From the NCBI GenBank assembly GCA_009782385.1, contig WRJE01000001.1:8303-72302 (forward strand): a stretch of 64,000 nt of DNA, written 5' to 3'. The DNA is from Oscillospiraceae bacterium. Its GTDB lineage: Bacteria; Bacillota; Clostridia; Oscillospirales; UBA929. The position numbers and the translations under genes were made by a program. Each line of letters starts with the position of its first letter. Position 1 is the first letter of the stretch. Shown piece by piece: positions 38,969-48,601 of this stretch. A model generated the notes under the pieces. That model was given only the letters and a program-made list of their open reading frames with translations, was not told the origin of the DNA and did no database searches.

Positions 38969-40589
38969 ACGCCGCAATTCCCATCATCACGAAAAACAAC
39001 GGAGTAACCATCGGTGTGCTGATTCCGAAAAACGCTTGCACACAATACGCGCCGATGGCGGCGGCGGCAGCCATCAAAACCGGATTGTCCCACACTTTCG
39101 GGAACACCTTTACGGCAAGCGCGCCGATAAACAGCAGAAACGCCGCTAATCCCAAGAAACCGTTGCAAATTGCTATTTGCAAATAGTCGTTGTGCGCCTT
39201 GTCAAATGTCGTGTTGGTGACTTCATATAAATGCTTCTGATGTTCCGTTAACGCCCACTCGAACGCATCCGGCCCATGCCCCAGCCACGGACTGTAAAAC
39301 AGCTCCTGCACAGACGCTTTCCATAAAACGGCACGTCCCGATCCGAACATATCCTCGAAGTTACCGTGCAAAATCTCACGCGCCTGCCACACGATATTGG
39401 AGAAATACGCCGGGTCGTCCGGTGTAAGATGCGTATCGAGCCTTCCCATGAACTCAATACCCGCGAAAGCGACAACGATTATAACCGCAACCGCGATAAG
39501 CGCAAGTATACCTTTTCTTTTCACATTGAACCACACGGGTATAAAATGCAGTCCAAGCCCGATAATCAAGCAGGCAATCGCTCCCAGAAAATACATACTC
39601 CTGTACCAACCCGCGCCCCAGTACAGAACCTTCTCTATTCCTGTTTCACGGTAATGATCCCGCGCCGCGTAGACGAGCGGCTCAAGCACACCCAACAGAA
39701 ATCCGGGCGACATCACAAGGAAAAGCCTTGATAACGCTTTCCTATCAGTAAGATTTAACACAATTATCAGCGTAATACCCGCCAGAACGCCGACCTTGCC
39801 GCCGTCCGCTCCTGCGGTCAGCATAAGTCCTATGGACAAAACCGTTGTTGCGGCGTATAACCAACGTATTTTCTTCTCCTCGCGTATAAACAGCACGGCG
39901 AAGAAGCAGACGGCGATTGCCACATACGCGCTGATAATATCAACATTGCCCAGCGTTGTTCTGAAAACCGCTTCGAGATAGTTATAGGGATAAATCCCCG
40001 CGACAGGTGTAGTGGAGGATTCAAGCCCGTATGGATACAGTTTGAATACATCCCAACCGACAAATTGCAGTATACCCAGAATTGATACTATGCAAGCCGA
40101 AACCCCGAATATGCTCCAATCGCGTTCTTTTGCGCGGAACATCCGCGAAGCGATAAAATATAATATCACATAAACGGTAATGCTGAGAATCCCGTCGTTC
40201 CTCTCCGGATAACCCTGCATGAAGAACGAAAATTCCTCTGTAAACCCAAGGTCTGAAAACACGGCGGACAGTACGACAAACAGCCAATACGCCGTTACGG
40301 CGATGTCCGGCACAGTGATGGTTTTTAAGCCGCCTTTTTTGCCTTTGGACTTAATCGTCCCCATAAACATCAGTTCCGCAAGCACAAGTATAGCGAGCAA
40401 AACAAATGTTGTTATCCATAGATACTTTGCCTTATGTCCTGTAAGTAAGATATATTTATCCGCGAGGAACAGCGGAAACACCGCGAGAATATTTATCACG
40501 CACAACTCTGCCCAGTACGAGCGGAGCTTGGTTCTCATGCCCTGCGCTTCCGCCTCTAAGTTCGCTTTACTGCCTGTTTTCTTTGCCAT
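38934..40589 (-). CDS. O-antigen ligase (Wzy_C/WaaL-like) family membrane protein
   Basis: Many TMs; TTLGN, GSGR..LW, G.GPD.F, DKAHNDYLQ motifs. Confidence 0.85.
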   Translation of the reverse strand: MAKKTGSKANLEAEAQGMRTKLRSYWAELCVINILAVFPLFLADKYILLTGHKAKYLWITTFVLLAILVLAELMFMGTIKSKGKKGGLKTITVPDIAVTAYWLFVVLSAVFSDLGFTEEFSFFMQGYPERNDGILSITVYVILYFIASRMFRAKERDWSIFGVSACIVSILGILQFVGWDVFKLYPYGLESSTTPVAGIYPYNYLEAVFRTTLGNVDIISAYVAIAVCFFAVLFIREEKKIRWLYAATTVLSIGLMLTAGADGGKVGVLAGITLIIVLNLTDRKALSRLFLVMSPGFLLGVLEPLVYAARDHYRETGIEKVLYWGAGWYRSMYFLGAIACLIIGLGLHFIPVWFNVKRKGILALIAVAVIIVVAFAGIEFMGRLDTHLTPDDPAYFSNIVWQAREILHGNFEDMFGSGRAVLWKASVQELFYSPWLGHGPDAFEWALTEHQKHLYEVTNTTFDKAHNDYLQIAICNGFLGLAAFLLFIGALAVKVFPKVWDNPVLMAAAAAIGAYCVQAFFGISTPMVTPLFFVMMGIAACRDDHWSSAGG

Positions 40590-40623
40590 ATGTTAATTTC
40601 TCCTTTTATTGTTCGTCTGCCTT

Positions 40624-40739
40624 CGGTCGGGCATGGAAACCCGACCCTACGGGAAACGCGAATTTGTAGGGTGCGGCTTCCATGCCGCACCGTGCATGAA
40701 AAATTGGGCATATGCGGGCGGACGAACGGCCGCCCCTAC
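40624..40739. repeat. Three REP-like units (-,+,-)
   Basis: CGGTCGGGCATGGAAACCCGACCCTAC; GTAGGGTGCGGCTTCCATGCCGCACCG; CGGGCGGACGAACGGCCGCCCCTAC. Confidence 0.85.
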
Positions 40740-40742
40740 ATA

Positions 40743-41270
40743 TTATTTTAATAGGTATTCCAATTCTTGGCGGATTTGTTCGGGCGGTGGTGTCTCCCCG
40801 AACAGTATACATCGCAGAAGCATATTGTCAACAACGCGCAGCACCAAAACCGCGAACGCGGGGTCGCCCGTAACGCTCTCTATCACGGCGCGTTCGGAAC
40901 TCAGCCGATTGTTCTCCCACACGGAGAGCCGTTCTATGGCGGACGCGAACCCGTCAACGCCGAACTGAATCTTCAGAGCTATACGAAAAACACGTTTTTC
41001 ATCCGGCATGAGCATAAGCCTTTGCATGACGGTGTAGTAATATCTGTCGATAAGCGGCATACCCTCCGGCAGCTGTTCGTCAATCTGCGATGTAATCCGC
41101 TCATACTCATCGCATACCGCCGCCTCAAACAGTTTTTCCTTATTCTCAAAGTAGTAGTATAAGGTGGGCAGGGAACATCCGGCGAGTTTCGCTATATCGC
41201 GAATACCCGCCTTGAAGAATCCCTTCTCATCAAAAACTTCCAGCCCCGCACTGATAATTGTTTCTCTCAT
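40743..41270 (-). CDS. TetR/AcrR family regulator
   Basis: IRDIAKLAGCSLPTLYYYFENKEKLF HTH. Confidence 0.92.
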   Translation of the reverse strand: MRETIISAGLEVFDEKGFFKAGIRDIAKLAGCSLPTLYYYFENKEKLFEAAVCDEYERITSQIDEQLPEGMPLIDRYYYTVMQRLMLMPDEKRVFRIALKIQFGVDGFASAIERLSVWENNRLSSERAVIESVTGDPAFAVLVLRVVDNMLLRCILFGETPPPEQIRQELEYLLK

Positions 41271-41282
41271 CCGTCCCCACCC

Positions 41283-41336
41283 ATTGTTAATTGTTAATTA
41301 CCATTATTAATTGTTAATTGTTATCTGTTAATTGCA
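41283..41336. repeat. AT-rich heptamer tandem repeat (AATTGTT-type)
   Basis: attgtta attgtta attacc attatta attgtta attgtta tctgtta attgcac. Confidence 0.75.
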
Positions 41337-42788
41337 CTAAACCGCCGACCCGAACACCAGCCCGTCCTCGCCTCTGGTTATGCGGCAATTCGGTATTTGC
41401 GCCGAAACCAACTGCTGCTCCGTGCCGATTATAATTCTCACACCCGGATATACGGCGACACGCGCCCTGACCGTACCGTACCCCTCCTCAGCGAGTTTTA
41501 TCTTAACTTCCTCCGTCTCTGCTTTAACCGCAATCAACCTCTCGTTGGTAGTACGCCGTGTGTACAACGAACGCTCCATCATTTCACGTTTATCGGGCGG
41601 CAGACGATTCTGCGACTCGAGCTGTTTGAAAAGCAGAAGCAAACGGTCTAAATCCGCGATATTTTTCTTGCAGACAATCTCCTCTTTCTCCAGCTCATGA
41701 GCGCGTACTATGAGCTGCGGGTCACTCCCCACTTCGATAACGGTAGGTACGGGGTTGTTCTTACCCCCTATGTGATAGCAGTCGATTTCATTTTTGGCGA
41801 CAACGCGCCCTCCCATAATTATCGACCGCTCGCCGATTAGTTTTACAGAATCGGCGGTTTGTATATTCGCCTGCATAACAATCTGGGACTCAATAAAACT
41901 GGTCGCCATAACGCGCCCGGCCTGTATATACTTACTTCTAACAGAACCGCCCGCAATGATTTCACCCTTATACATACCGTGAAAGCCATCGCGTATAAGC
42001 ACATTACCCGCCGCGTTAATAAAACCGCCCTCAACGCAACCGTGTACCTCAACGTTGCCGCCGGCCTGTACGGCAAATCCCGCGACAATATTCCCGTTGA
42101 TAACCACATTGCCGATGAAGTTAATGTTCCCCGTCGATGTTGACACATCGCCGTTGACGGTATACGTCTCCATAACGCTCAGTTTGCGGTCATGGTAATC
42201 ACACTGCCCGTTTATATGAGCGTAAAGCGAAAGCCCGTCTTCAGAAATATATGTGTTTTTCCCGGTTGGCAGTGCCGCTTCCTTGCCCTTCTGGGCTCTG
42301 ACTACAATACCTTTTACCGTCATGCCGTCAACACCCGGTTCGGGCAGTGTTTTCGATGCCAGCAACTGACCCTGCGTAACATTTTCTATAAGTCCAAGGT
42401 CTTTATAATCCACCATGCCGTCTTCTTTTTGCTTGGGCGTGGCATTCCTCGAAATCCTGACATGAATCGTCATCTCCGCGTCCTTGCCCTTAACCGGCGG
42501 CGTTCCTTCCGCTATAAGCACTTCGCGGTCAAAAAGCGGCTCTTCCGCCATCTTGTTTATTGTCAGCTGACGCAGACCGTATACAATTTTCGCTTTTGCC
42601 AGCAAATCGTGTATTTCGGCAAGGGTAAGGTGTTTACCTCCGAACTTAGGCATTGTCATATGGATATTTGCTCGCATACCGTCCGCGGAAGCGATTACTT
42701 TGCCAACGCTGTCTATAGGCGGCGGCTTGGGAGGTTCCTGCGGCACTTCCGGCTGTTCGAGTGCTGTGTTTTCTATTATATCCGCCAT
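41337..42788 (-). CDS. DUF342 / FapA family protein
   Basis: IAEG.PP..G.D, VDYKDLG, TGNINF.GNV.I.G beta-helix repeats, VYPGV.I.IG. Confidence 0.88.
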   Translation of the reverse strand: MADIIENTALEQPEVPQEPPKPPPIDSVGKVIASADGMRANIHMTMPKFGGKHLTLAEIHDLLAKAKIVYGLRQLTINKMAEEPLFDREVLIAEGTPPVKGKDAEMTIHVRISRNATPKQKEDGMVDYKDLGLIENVTQGQLLASKTLPEPGVDGMTVKGIVVRAQKGKEAALPTGKNTYISEDGLSLYAHINGQCDYHDRKLSVMETYTVNGDVSTSTGNINFIGNVVINGNIVAGFAVQAGGNVEVHGCVEGGFINAAGNVLIRDGFHGMYKGEIIAGGSVRSKYIQAGRVMATSFIESQIVMQANIQTADSVKLIGERSIIMGGRVVAKNEIDCYHIGGKNNPVPTVIEVGSDPQLIVRAHELEKEEIVCKKNIADLDRLLLLFKQLESQNRLPPDKREMMERSLYTRRTTNERLIAVKAETEEVKIKLAEEGYGTVRARVAVYPGVRIIIGTEQQLVSAQIPNCRITRGEDGLVFGSAV

Positions 42789-42824
42789 TTTACCTCCCCC
42801 TCCCCCTTTTTGATACTGCGCTTT

Positions 42825-42872
42825 GCAGGGGCGGCTATTAGCCGCCCACGGACGACCAAAGGTCGCCCCTAC
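42825..42872. repeat. Inverted REP-like doublet (near copy of 38921)
   Basis: GCAGGGGCGGCTATTAGCCGCCCA-CGGACGACCAAAGGTCGCCCCTAC. Confidence 0.85.
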
Positions 42873-42877
42873 ATAAA

Positions 42878-42938
42878 ATTAATTGTCGCATTGTTAATTA
42901 TAATTGTTCATTGTTAATTGTTAACTGTTAATTGTTTA
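42878..42938. repeat. AT-rich heptamer tandem repeat overlapping the ackA 3' end
   Basis: aattgtc gcattgtt aattat aattgtt cattgtt aattgtt aactgtt aattgtt. Confidence 0.75.
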
Positions 42939-44107
42939 GTGTCCATTGCTATTACCAATTCCTCATTAGTCGGCACAACCAGTGTTTTCACACGCGCGGA
43001 TGCCGCCGAGAGGTCGCCCTCACCCCGGCATGATTGGTTCTTTTCTGCATCAACTTCAATGCCCAGAAACTCAAGCCCCTCTAATATAATAGCACGCATA
43101 CGGACATGATTTTCCCCCACGCCTGCGGTAAACACCAAAACATCAATCCCGCCCATAGATGCCGCCAACGCGCCTATGCTCTTTCTGACACTGTGTCCGA
43201 ATATGCTTATCGCGAGCTTCGCGCGTTCGCTGCCTTTTTCGGCTTGGTCGAACAAATCCCGAAAATCGGATGCGCCACCCGACACACCGAGCATACCCGA
43301 CTTTTTATTAAGAACATCCGTCACCTCTTTAACGCTCATACCGCGCTGTGAGCAGAGGTACTCCACAATCGCGGGGTCAATCAGCCCCGAACGAGTTCCC
43401 ATGGGAACGCCCTCAAGCGGCGTAAGCCCCATAGTTGTATCAACTGAACGCCCACCGTCTATCGCCGCGAGCGATGAACCGTTGCCCAGATGGCACGTAA
43501 TTATTTTAAGTTCCCCGATTGGCTTGTTCAACATTTCGGCGGCGCGAGCCGCGACAAAGCGGTGAGACGTGCCGTGAAAGCCGTAACGGCGTATCTTGTT
43601 CTCCGTATAATATTCATAAGGCAGGGCGTATATATACGCCTTAGGCGGCATCGTCTGATGAAATGACGTATCAAAAACGGCAACCTGAGGAACGCCCGGC
43701 ATAACCTCAGCACAAGCGCGTATGCCAACCAGATTAGGCGGGTTATGAAGCGGGGCAAGCGGCACACAAGCCTCGATTGCCGCAATTACCTCATCGGTTA
43801 TAAGCGCGGACTCTGAGAACTCCTCGCCGCCGTGGACGACACGATGCCCGACCGCGCCGATTTCATTCATATCTTTAATAACGCCGTACTCATTATCGGT
43901 AAGCAAAGCAACAACGGCTTTTACGGCTTCGGCGTGATTGTTAAGCGGAGTAAGTTTATCATAAGTTTTGCCGTTTCCGGAATGCTTAACATGACCGTCA
44001 ACACCGATTCGTTCACATAATCCCTTTGCCAAAACGCTGTTGTCGTTCATCTCTATCAACTGGTATTTCAGCGAGGAACTGCCCGCGTTTATTACAAGTA
44101 TATTCAT
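42914..44107 (-). CDS. ackA: Acetate kinase
   Basis: INAGSSSLK, HRVVHGG, FHGTSH, HLGNGSS, FTAGVGEN, TNEE. Confidence 0.97.
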   Translation of the reverse strand: MNILVINAGSSSLKYQLIEMNDNSVLAKGLCERIGVDGHVKHSGNGKTYDKLTPLNNHAEAVKAVVALLTDNEYGVIKDMNEIGAVGHRVVHGGEEFSESALITDEVIAAIEACVPLAPLHNPPNLVGIRACAEVMPGVPQVAVFDTSFHQTMPPKAYIYALPYEYYTENKIRRYGFHGTSHRFVAARAAEMLNKPIGELKIITCHLGNGSSLAAIDGGRSVDTTMGLTPLEGVPMGTRSGLIDPAIVEYLCSQRGMSVKEVTDVLNKKSGMLGVSGGASDFRDLFDQAEKGSERAKLAISIFGHSVRKSIGALAASMGGIDVLVFTAGVGENHVRMRAIILEGLEFLGIEVDAEKNQSCRGEGDLSAASARVKTLVVPTNEELVIAMDTKQLTVNN

Positions 44108-44238
44108 ACCGCACATTCTTTCTATCGGTTAATAATATCCATTGTACACGAAGTCTCCGTAAAAATCAATATATAGTTGACAATTTTTTCATACTATTAT
44201 ATTCTCATACTAACAAAAAACACGGCGCAAAAAAAACA

Positions 44239-44262
44239 CGGGCGGCCAATGACCGCCCCTAC
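44239..44262 (-). repeat. REP-like unit supplying the tepA stop codon
   Basis: CGGGCGGCCAATGACCGCCCCTAC, identical to the copy at 23676 inside rsmB. Confidence 0.88.
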
Positions 44263-44963
44263 AAATTCTCTCCATTGTTTTTCCTGTTTTCGTCAATTCT
44301 CTTGTGCAGATACTCCAGCGCGTCCGCTAGTCCGCCGACCGCGTCAATCAGCCCCTCTTCCACCGCATCGTCTCCGTATATGACACTGCCGACATCACCC
44401 GCGAGTTCCCCTGTCCTGAGCATAAGCTCCTTAAACCTTTCCTCGGAAATACGCGAAGTTTCCGTCACAAACCTGACAATGCGCTCCTGAATTTTCTCAA
44501 AGTACGCGAATGTCTGCGGTACGCCTATTACAACCCCCGTCAGGCGCACGGGATGTATCGTCATCGCCGCCGACGGCGCGATTAGCGAATACTGCGCGGC
44601 GGTGGCAAGCGGAACGCCGATTGAGTGTCCGCCACCCAATACAAGCGATACCGTGGGTTTTCTCATGCCGCGTATAAGCTCGGCAAGCGCAAGTCCCGCC
44701 TCTATATCACCGCCCACGGTGTTAAGGAGTATCAGCAGCGCGTCAATCTCGTCAGATTCCTCGATAGCGGCGAGCTGCGGCATTACGTGTTCATACTTCG
44801 TGCTTTTATTCTGCGGCGGCAGAAGCTGATGTCCCTCAATCTGCCCCACAATAGTTAAAGCGTGGATTGTCCCACGGCTCGAACGCGCCGTCAGCGACCC
44901 GAACTCCGTTACCTCCGCGCGTCTGTCCTCCGACATCTCTATGTTTTGATTTTCATCGGTCAC
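44259..44963 (-). CDS. tepA: ClpP-like translocation-enhancing protein TepA
   Basis: [36 protein letters not shown]. Confidence 0.9.
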   Translation of the reverse strand: MTDENQNIEMSEDRRAEVTEFGSLTARSSRGTIHALTIVGQIEGHQLLPPQNKSTKYEHVMPQLAAIEESDEIDALLILLNTVGGDIEAGLALAELIRGMRKPTVSLVLGGGHSIGVPLATAAQYSLIAPSAAMTIHPVRLTGVVIGVPQTFAYFEKIQERIVRFVTETSRISEERFKELMLRTGELAGDVGSVIYGDDAVEEGLIDAVGGLADALEYLHKRIDENRKNNGENL

Positions 44964-45043
44964 GCAAAAACCCCCTCTTTTCCCCTTAATGTTTCCGAAT
45001 TACACCGTATTTATGCGTAAAAACTAATTGTGTGAGGCCGCAT

Positions 45044-46141
45044 ATGAACGCTGTAGGTATCATCTCCGAATACAACCCCCTTCACTCCGGACACGTTTGG
45101 CACATCGAGCGCACCCGCGCCCTGTTGGACGTTGACGCGGCGGTCGTGTGCGTCATGTCCGGAAGCGTTGCCCAGCGCGGAGACATAACAATCCTGCCCA
45201 AATGGGAACGCGCCCGCGCGGCTGTTCTGAACGGCGCGAATCTTGTCGTAGAACTGCCCGCGCCTTACGCTTGCGCGTCCGCCGAGCAATTCGCTTTCGG
45301 CGGCGTGTATCTCCTAAACGCGATGGGAATTATTAACCATATTTCATTCGGAAGTGAGAGCGGCGATTTAGACGCGCTGAAAACCGCGCAATCCGCGCTT
45401 GAAACCTCAACGGATGAATTTAAGGCTCTGATGTCACAGGGTCTTTCATACGCGGCGGCGCGTTCACGCGCGGCGAATTTCCCAAGCGGCGCGAACGACC
45501 TTCTCGGAATATGTTACCTTAGCGCGATAAAATCAATGGGCGCGGACATCACTCCGATAGCAATAAAACGTACAAACTGCCTGTCGGCATCGGAAATACG
45601 CCGCCGCCTGTTTGCCGGGGAATTTCCCGAACTGCCCGAACCGCCCCGTAGCGAGCTGACATCGCTCCAATCCGGCGAACAGTTGGTATTGGCGGCTCTG
45701 CGCGACATGAGCGTTGATGATTGGGCGGACTTACCCGATATAAGCGAAGGCTTGGAACACAGATTTTTCGCCGCCGCCCGTTCTGCGAAAAATCTTGACG
45801 GGCTGTATATGTCGGTAAAATCAAAACGCTACTCGCTGTCGCGTATCAGGCGCATTGTTCTATGCGCGTTCCTCGGTATTCCGCGCACAGACGACCCGCC
45901 GCCGTATATAAGGGTTCTGGCGTTTGACAAAAGGGGCGCGGAACTGCTCAAACGCATGAAAAAAACATCATCGCTGCCCATAATAACAAAGCCCACGCAT
46001 TATCGCGAGCTTGGCTCGGCGGCAAAATCTTTTTTTGAACTGGAGTGCCGCGTAACCGATAAAATCGGAATGTTTTACAGTGATATTCGCCCCTGCGGTC
46101 AGGAATTACGGGAAAATCCATTTATTTATACATCGATTTAA
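45044..46141 (+). CDS. tmcAL: tRNA(Met) cytidine acetate ligase TmcAL (YlbM, HIGH nucleotidyltransferase)
   Basis: GIISEYNPLHSGH, MSG..AQRG, SAEQFA.GGV, SASEIR; near ackA. Confidence 0.88.
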   Translation: MNAVGIISEYNPLHSGHVWHIERTRALLDVDAAVVCVMSGSVAQRGDITILPKWERARAAVLNGANLVVELPAPYACASAEQFAFGGVYLLNAMGIINHISFGSESGDLDALKTAQSALETSTDEFKALMSQGLSYAAARSRAANFPSGANDLLGICYLSAIKSMGADITPIAIKRTNCLSASEIRRRLFAGEFPELPEPPRSELTSLQSGEQLVLAALRDMSVDDWADLPDISEGLEHRFFAAARSAKNLDGLYMSVKSKRYSLSRIRRIVLCAFLGIPRTDDPPPYIRVLAFDKRGAELLKRMKKTSSLPIITKPTHYRELGSAAKSFFELECRVTDKIGMFYSDIRPCGQELRENPFIYTSI

Positions 46142-46152
46142 TTTTGTAAATT

Positions 46153-46175
46153 GTAGGGCGCGCATTGCGCGTCCG
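46153..46175 (+). repeat. Single REP-like unit
   Basis: GTAGGGCGCGCATTGCGCGTCCG. Confidence 0.75.
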
Positions 46176-46197
46176 CCGCTCTAAAGGAGGAATTGTT

Positions 46198-47127
46198 ATG
46201 AAAAATCACGAAATCTACCTGTACGGAATGGTGACAAAAACCAACGGTTTTTTACTGAGGGGAGACTTCCCGAAAGCCGATGATTATGGCGAGGTAAAGG
46301 AGCGTTACACGCTCCCGGGCGGTGAAACAGGCACGGCGGCGATTGTGCTTGCTTCGCTTGGGTGTAAGGTGAAGTTAGACGGCAACTATCTTGGAAAGTA
46401 CACAAAGGATTTAACACACGACTTCTATAAAAGAATCGGGGTTGACGCGTTGGCTCTGCGTTACGACCCCGCTTATGACGGTATCGAAGAGTTTGTTATG
46501 GTTGACAGCACTACACGCACTAATTTTTCCACATTCGCCGCTTATTTCGAGGATTATTGGCAGCGCGGAATCATACGTTGGAACACTCCCAATGAAGATG
46601 ATATTCGCAACGCAAAAGTTGCGGGTATTGACCCGTTTTTTGACAAACAGGCGATTCTCGCCGCCGAATATTGTCACAAGAATAATATTCCTTATGTTAC
46701 AATCGACGAAAAACCGGATAACGAAGTGATTAAACACGCAAGCATAGCCGCCGTTTCAAGTGAATATATACGCAACCATATTTCGGATTACCACACTCCC
46801 GGCAACGAGAAAGACGGCAAAATCAAACTGCTTAAAAAGTTTGCTGAGTACACAGACGCTCTTGTGATTCTCACGGGCGGAGGCGGCACGACTTATTACG
46901 GCAGGGGCGGTGAAGTCAAGGAATTTGACGCATACAAAGTCGATGTGGTAAGTACGCTCGGCGCGGGCGATTCGTTCAAGGCGGGGTGTATCTATGCGTT
47001 AATGCGCGGTTATGACGATGACACGACCGTGCGGTTCGCGGCGGCTGTAGCGGCAGTTGCCTGCACGAAATTTCCGATTGGGTTGAATCCTCCAACCCTA
47101 AGCGAGGTTGAAGCGTTGATGTTGTAG
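46198..47127 (+). CDS. PfkB family carbohydrate kinase
   Basis: PGGE.G.AA..LA.LG and VVSTLGAGDSFKAG signatures. Confidence 0.9.
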   Translation: MKNHEIYLYGMVTKTNGFLLRGDFPKADDYGEVKERYTLPGGETGTAAIVLASLGCKVKLDGNYLGKYTKDLTHDFYKRIGVDALALRYDPAYDGIEEFVMVDSTTRTNFSTFAAYFEDYWQRGIIRWNTPNEDDIRNAKVAGIDPFFDKQAILAAEYCHKNNIPYVTIDEKPDNEVIKHASIAAVSSEYIRNHISDYHTPGNEKDGKIKLLKKFAEYTDALVILTGGGGTTYYGRGGEVKEFDAYKVDVVSTLGAGDSFKAGCIYALMRGYDDDTTVRFAAAVAAVACTKFPIGLNPPTLSEVEALML

Positions 47128-47152
47128 AGGTATGAACCTCAAATCGTGTTGA

Positions 47153-47181
47153 TTGACATATCGTCAGATATATAGTAAAAT
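47153..47181 (+). promoter_or_regulatory. SigA promoter
   Basis: TTGACA-17nt-TAAAAT. Confidence 0.7.
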
Positions 47182-47211
47182 GCGGTATGCTTAACGTGAG
47201 GTGGAGAAACT

Positions 47212-48108
47212 TTGAGTGTGCGCCGTGATTATGAACTGATTGACTGCTCATCGGGCGAACGCCTTGAGCGATGGGGCGAATATATCCTCATACGCCCCGA
47301 CCCGCAGATTATCTGGAAAACCCCGAAAACCCACAAACTCTGGAAAACACCACACGCCCGCTATGTCCGCTCCGACAGCGGCGGCGGGCATTGGGAGTAC
47401 AACGCCGAGCTGCCGAAACGCTGGGAACTCACTCACGGCGGTCTGAATTTTTACATTGGCGCGACAAATTTCAAGCATACCGGGCTGTTCCCCGAGCAAT
47501 CCGAAAACTGGGAATTTCTTAAAAATTCCAAAGGCTTGAAGGTCCTCAACCTATTCGCCTATACCGGCGGCGCGACGCTCGCGTGCGCCAAAGCCGGAGC
47601 TCTGGTGACGCATATAGATGCCGCCAAGGGCATGATACAGTGGGCAAAAGACAACGCCGCGCTGAACGGCATCACAAATGTGCGTTGGATTGTTGACGAC
47701 TGCTCCGCGTTTGTTGCCCGTGAGACAAGACGCGGCAGCCGTTACAACGCTCTCATACTCGACCCGCCCTCCTACGGGCGCGGTCCCGGCGGGCAGACAT
47801 GGAAGCTCGAGGATAATCTGTACGATCTGCTCACACTCTGCAAGGATATTTTAAGCGAAGACTACTCATTCGTACTGCTCAACACTTACACAACCGGGCT
47901 GCCGCCGCTCGCTCTGGCGCGGCTTTGCGAATCTGTATTCGGCGGCAAATCCCGCGCTTATGAGCTTGGGCTGCCCATAACCACAGGCGGCGTTTTACCC
48001 TGCGGCGCGTCATGTGTTGTAACAAATAAGAAACCAATCTATGGCTCCGGCAAAGGAAAAATGTGGATATCTGATGATTTTGAAGCTCCTCTTGAATGGG
48101 AACTTTGA
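47212..48108 (+). CDS. Class I SAM-dependent methyltransferase (RlmI/RlmK-like), with foreign C-terminal tail
   Basis: FKHTGLFPEQ, VLNLFAYTGG, ILDPPSYG. Confidence 0.88.
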   Translation: MSVRRDYELIDCSSGERLERWGEYILIRPDPQIIWKTPKTHKLWKTPHARYVRSDSGGGHWEYNAELPKRWELTHGGLNFYIGATNFKHTGLFPEQSENWEFLKNSKGLKVLNLFAYTGGATLACAKAGALVTHIDAAKGMIQWAKDNAALNGITNVRWIVDDCSAFVARETRRGSRYNALILDPPSYGRGPGGQTWKLEDNLYDLLTLCKDILSEDYSFVLLNTYTTGLPPLALARLCESVFGGKSRAYELGLPITTGGVLPCGASCVVTNKKPIYGSGKGKMWISDDFEAPLEWEL

Positions 48109-48120
48109 CGATGATATAAT
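48092..48120 (+). promoter_or_regulatory. SigA promoter of TA pair
   Basis: TTGAAT-17nt-TATAAT with extended TG; RBS AGGAGG. Confidence 0.65.
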
Positions 48121-48144
48121 ATAAATATTAGGAGGGTTGCCATT

Positions 48145-48366
48145 ATGACACAAGCCCATGATTTTCTATATAACGAGGTATCAAAACTCCCCGTTGAAAA
48201 AGTAGATACAGCCATATCATTTATACGTTTTTTAAGAACACAGCAAGAACTCGAGCTTTTAATCGACCCTGTCGAAGAAAATGAGCTGCACGGCATATTG
48301 AAATCCGGCGAATTTATCGGCTCATCGGAAGTCTTTGACAAAATTATGGCAATGCCCAATGATTAA
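48145..48366 (+). CDS. Putative antitoxin
   Basis: 73 aa acidic; KLP.EK....I.FI.FL N-terminus similar to the 30652 antitoxin; overlaps RelE. Confidence 0.7.
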   Translation: MTQAHDFLYNEVSKLPVEKVDTAISFIRFLRTQQELELLIDPVEENELHGILKSGEFIGSSEVFDKIMAMPND

Positions 48367-48601
48367 GTATAGTAAAGAAGCCGAGAAATTTATATTATCG
48401 CAGGGCAAAGCTGTTGCTCTGCGGTTGTATAAATCTATCGAAAAGCTCCCGCTTGGTGACGTGAAGCGATTGCAAGGAAAGAAAAAACTGCCGCTGTATC
48501 GATTGCGTGTCGGCGATTTTCGTATTGTATTTTCATATGAGCGGGACACTATTTTAGTTTTACGCGCGGATAACCGAGGAGATGTGTATAAGCGAATATG
48601 A
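48359..48601 (+). CDS. RelE/StbE family toxin
   Basis: YSK.A.KF, GDVKRLQG, YRLRVGDFRIVF, NRGDVYK. Confidence 0.9.
   Translation: MIKYSKEAEKFILSQGKAVALRLYKSIEKLPLGDVKRLQGKKKLPLYRLRVGDFRIVFSYERDTILVLRADNRGDVYKRI

Noticed and set aside
40606-40812. Short ORFs here and at 16668-16859, 33524-33757, 54516-54740, 55565-55867, 63273-63476
   Set aside because: They are translations of REP clusters (GRPY, VGSG, CRGG peptides) with no convincing RBS or domain.
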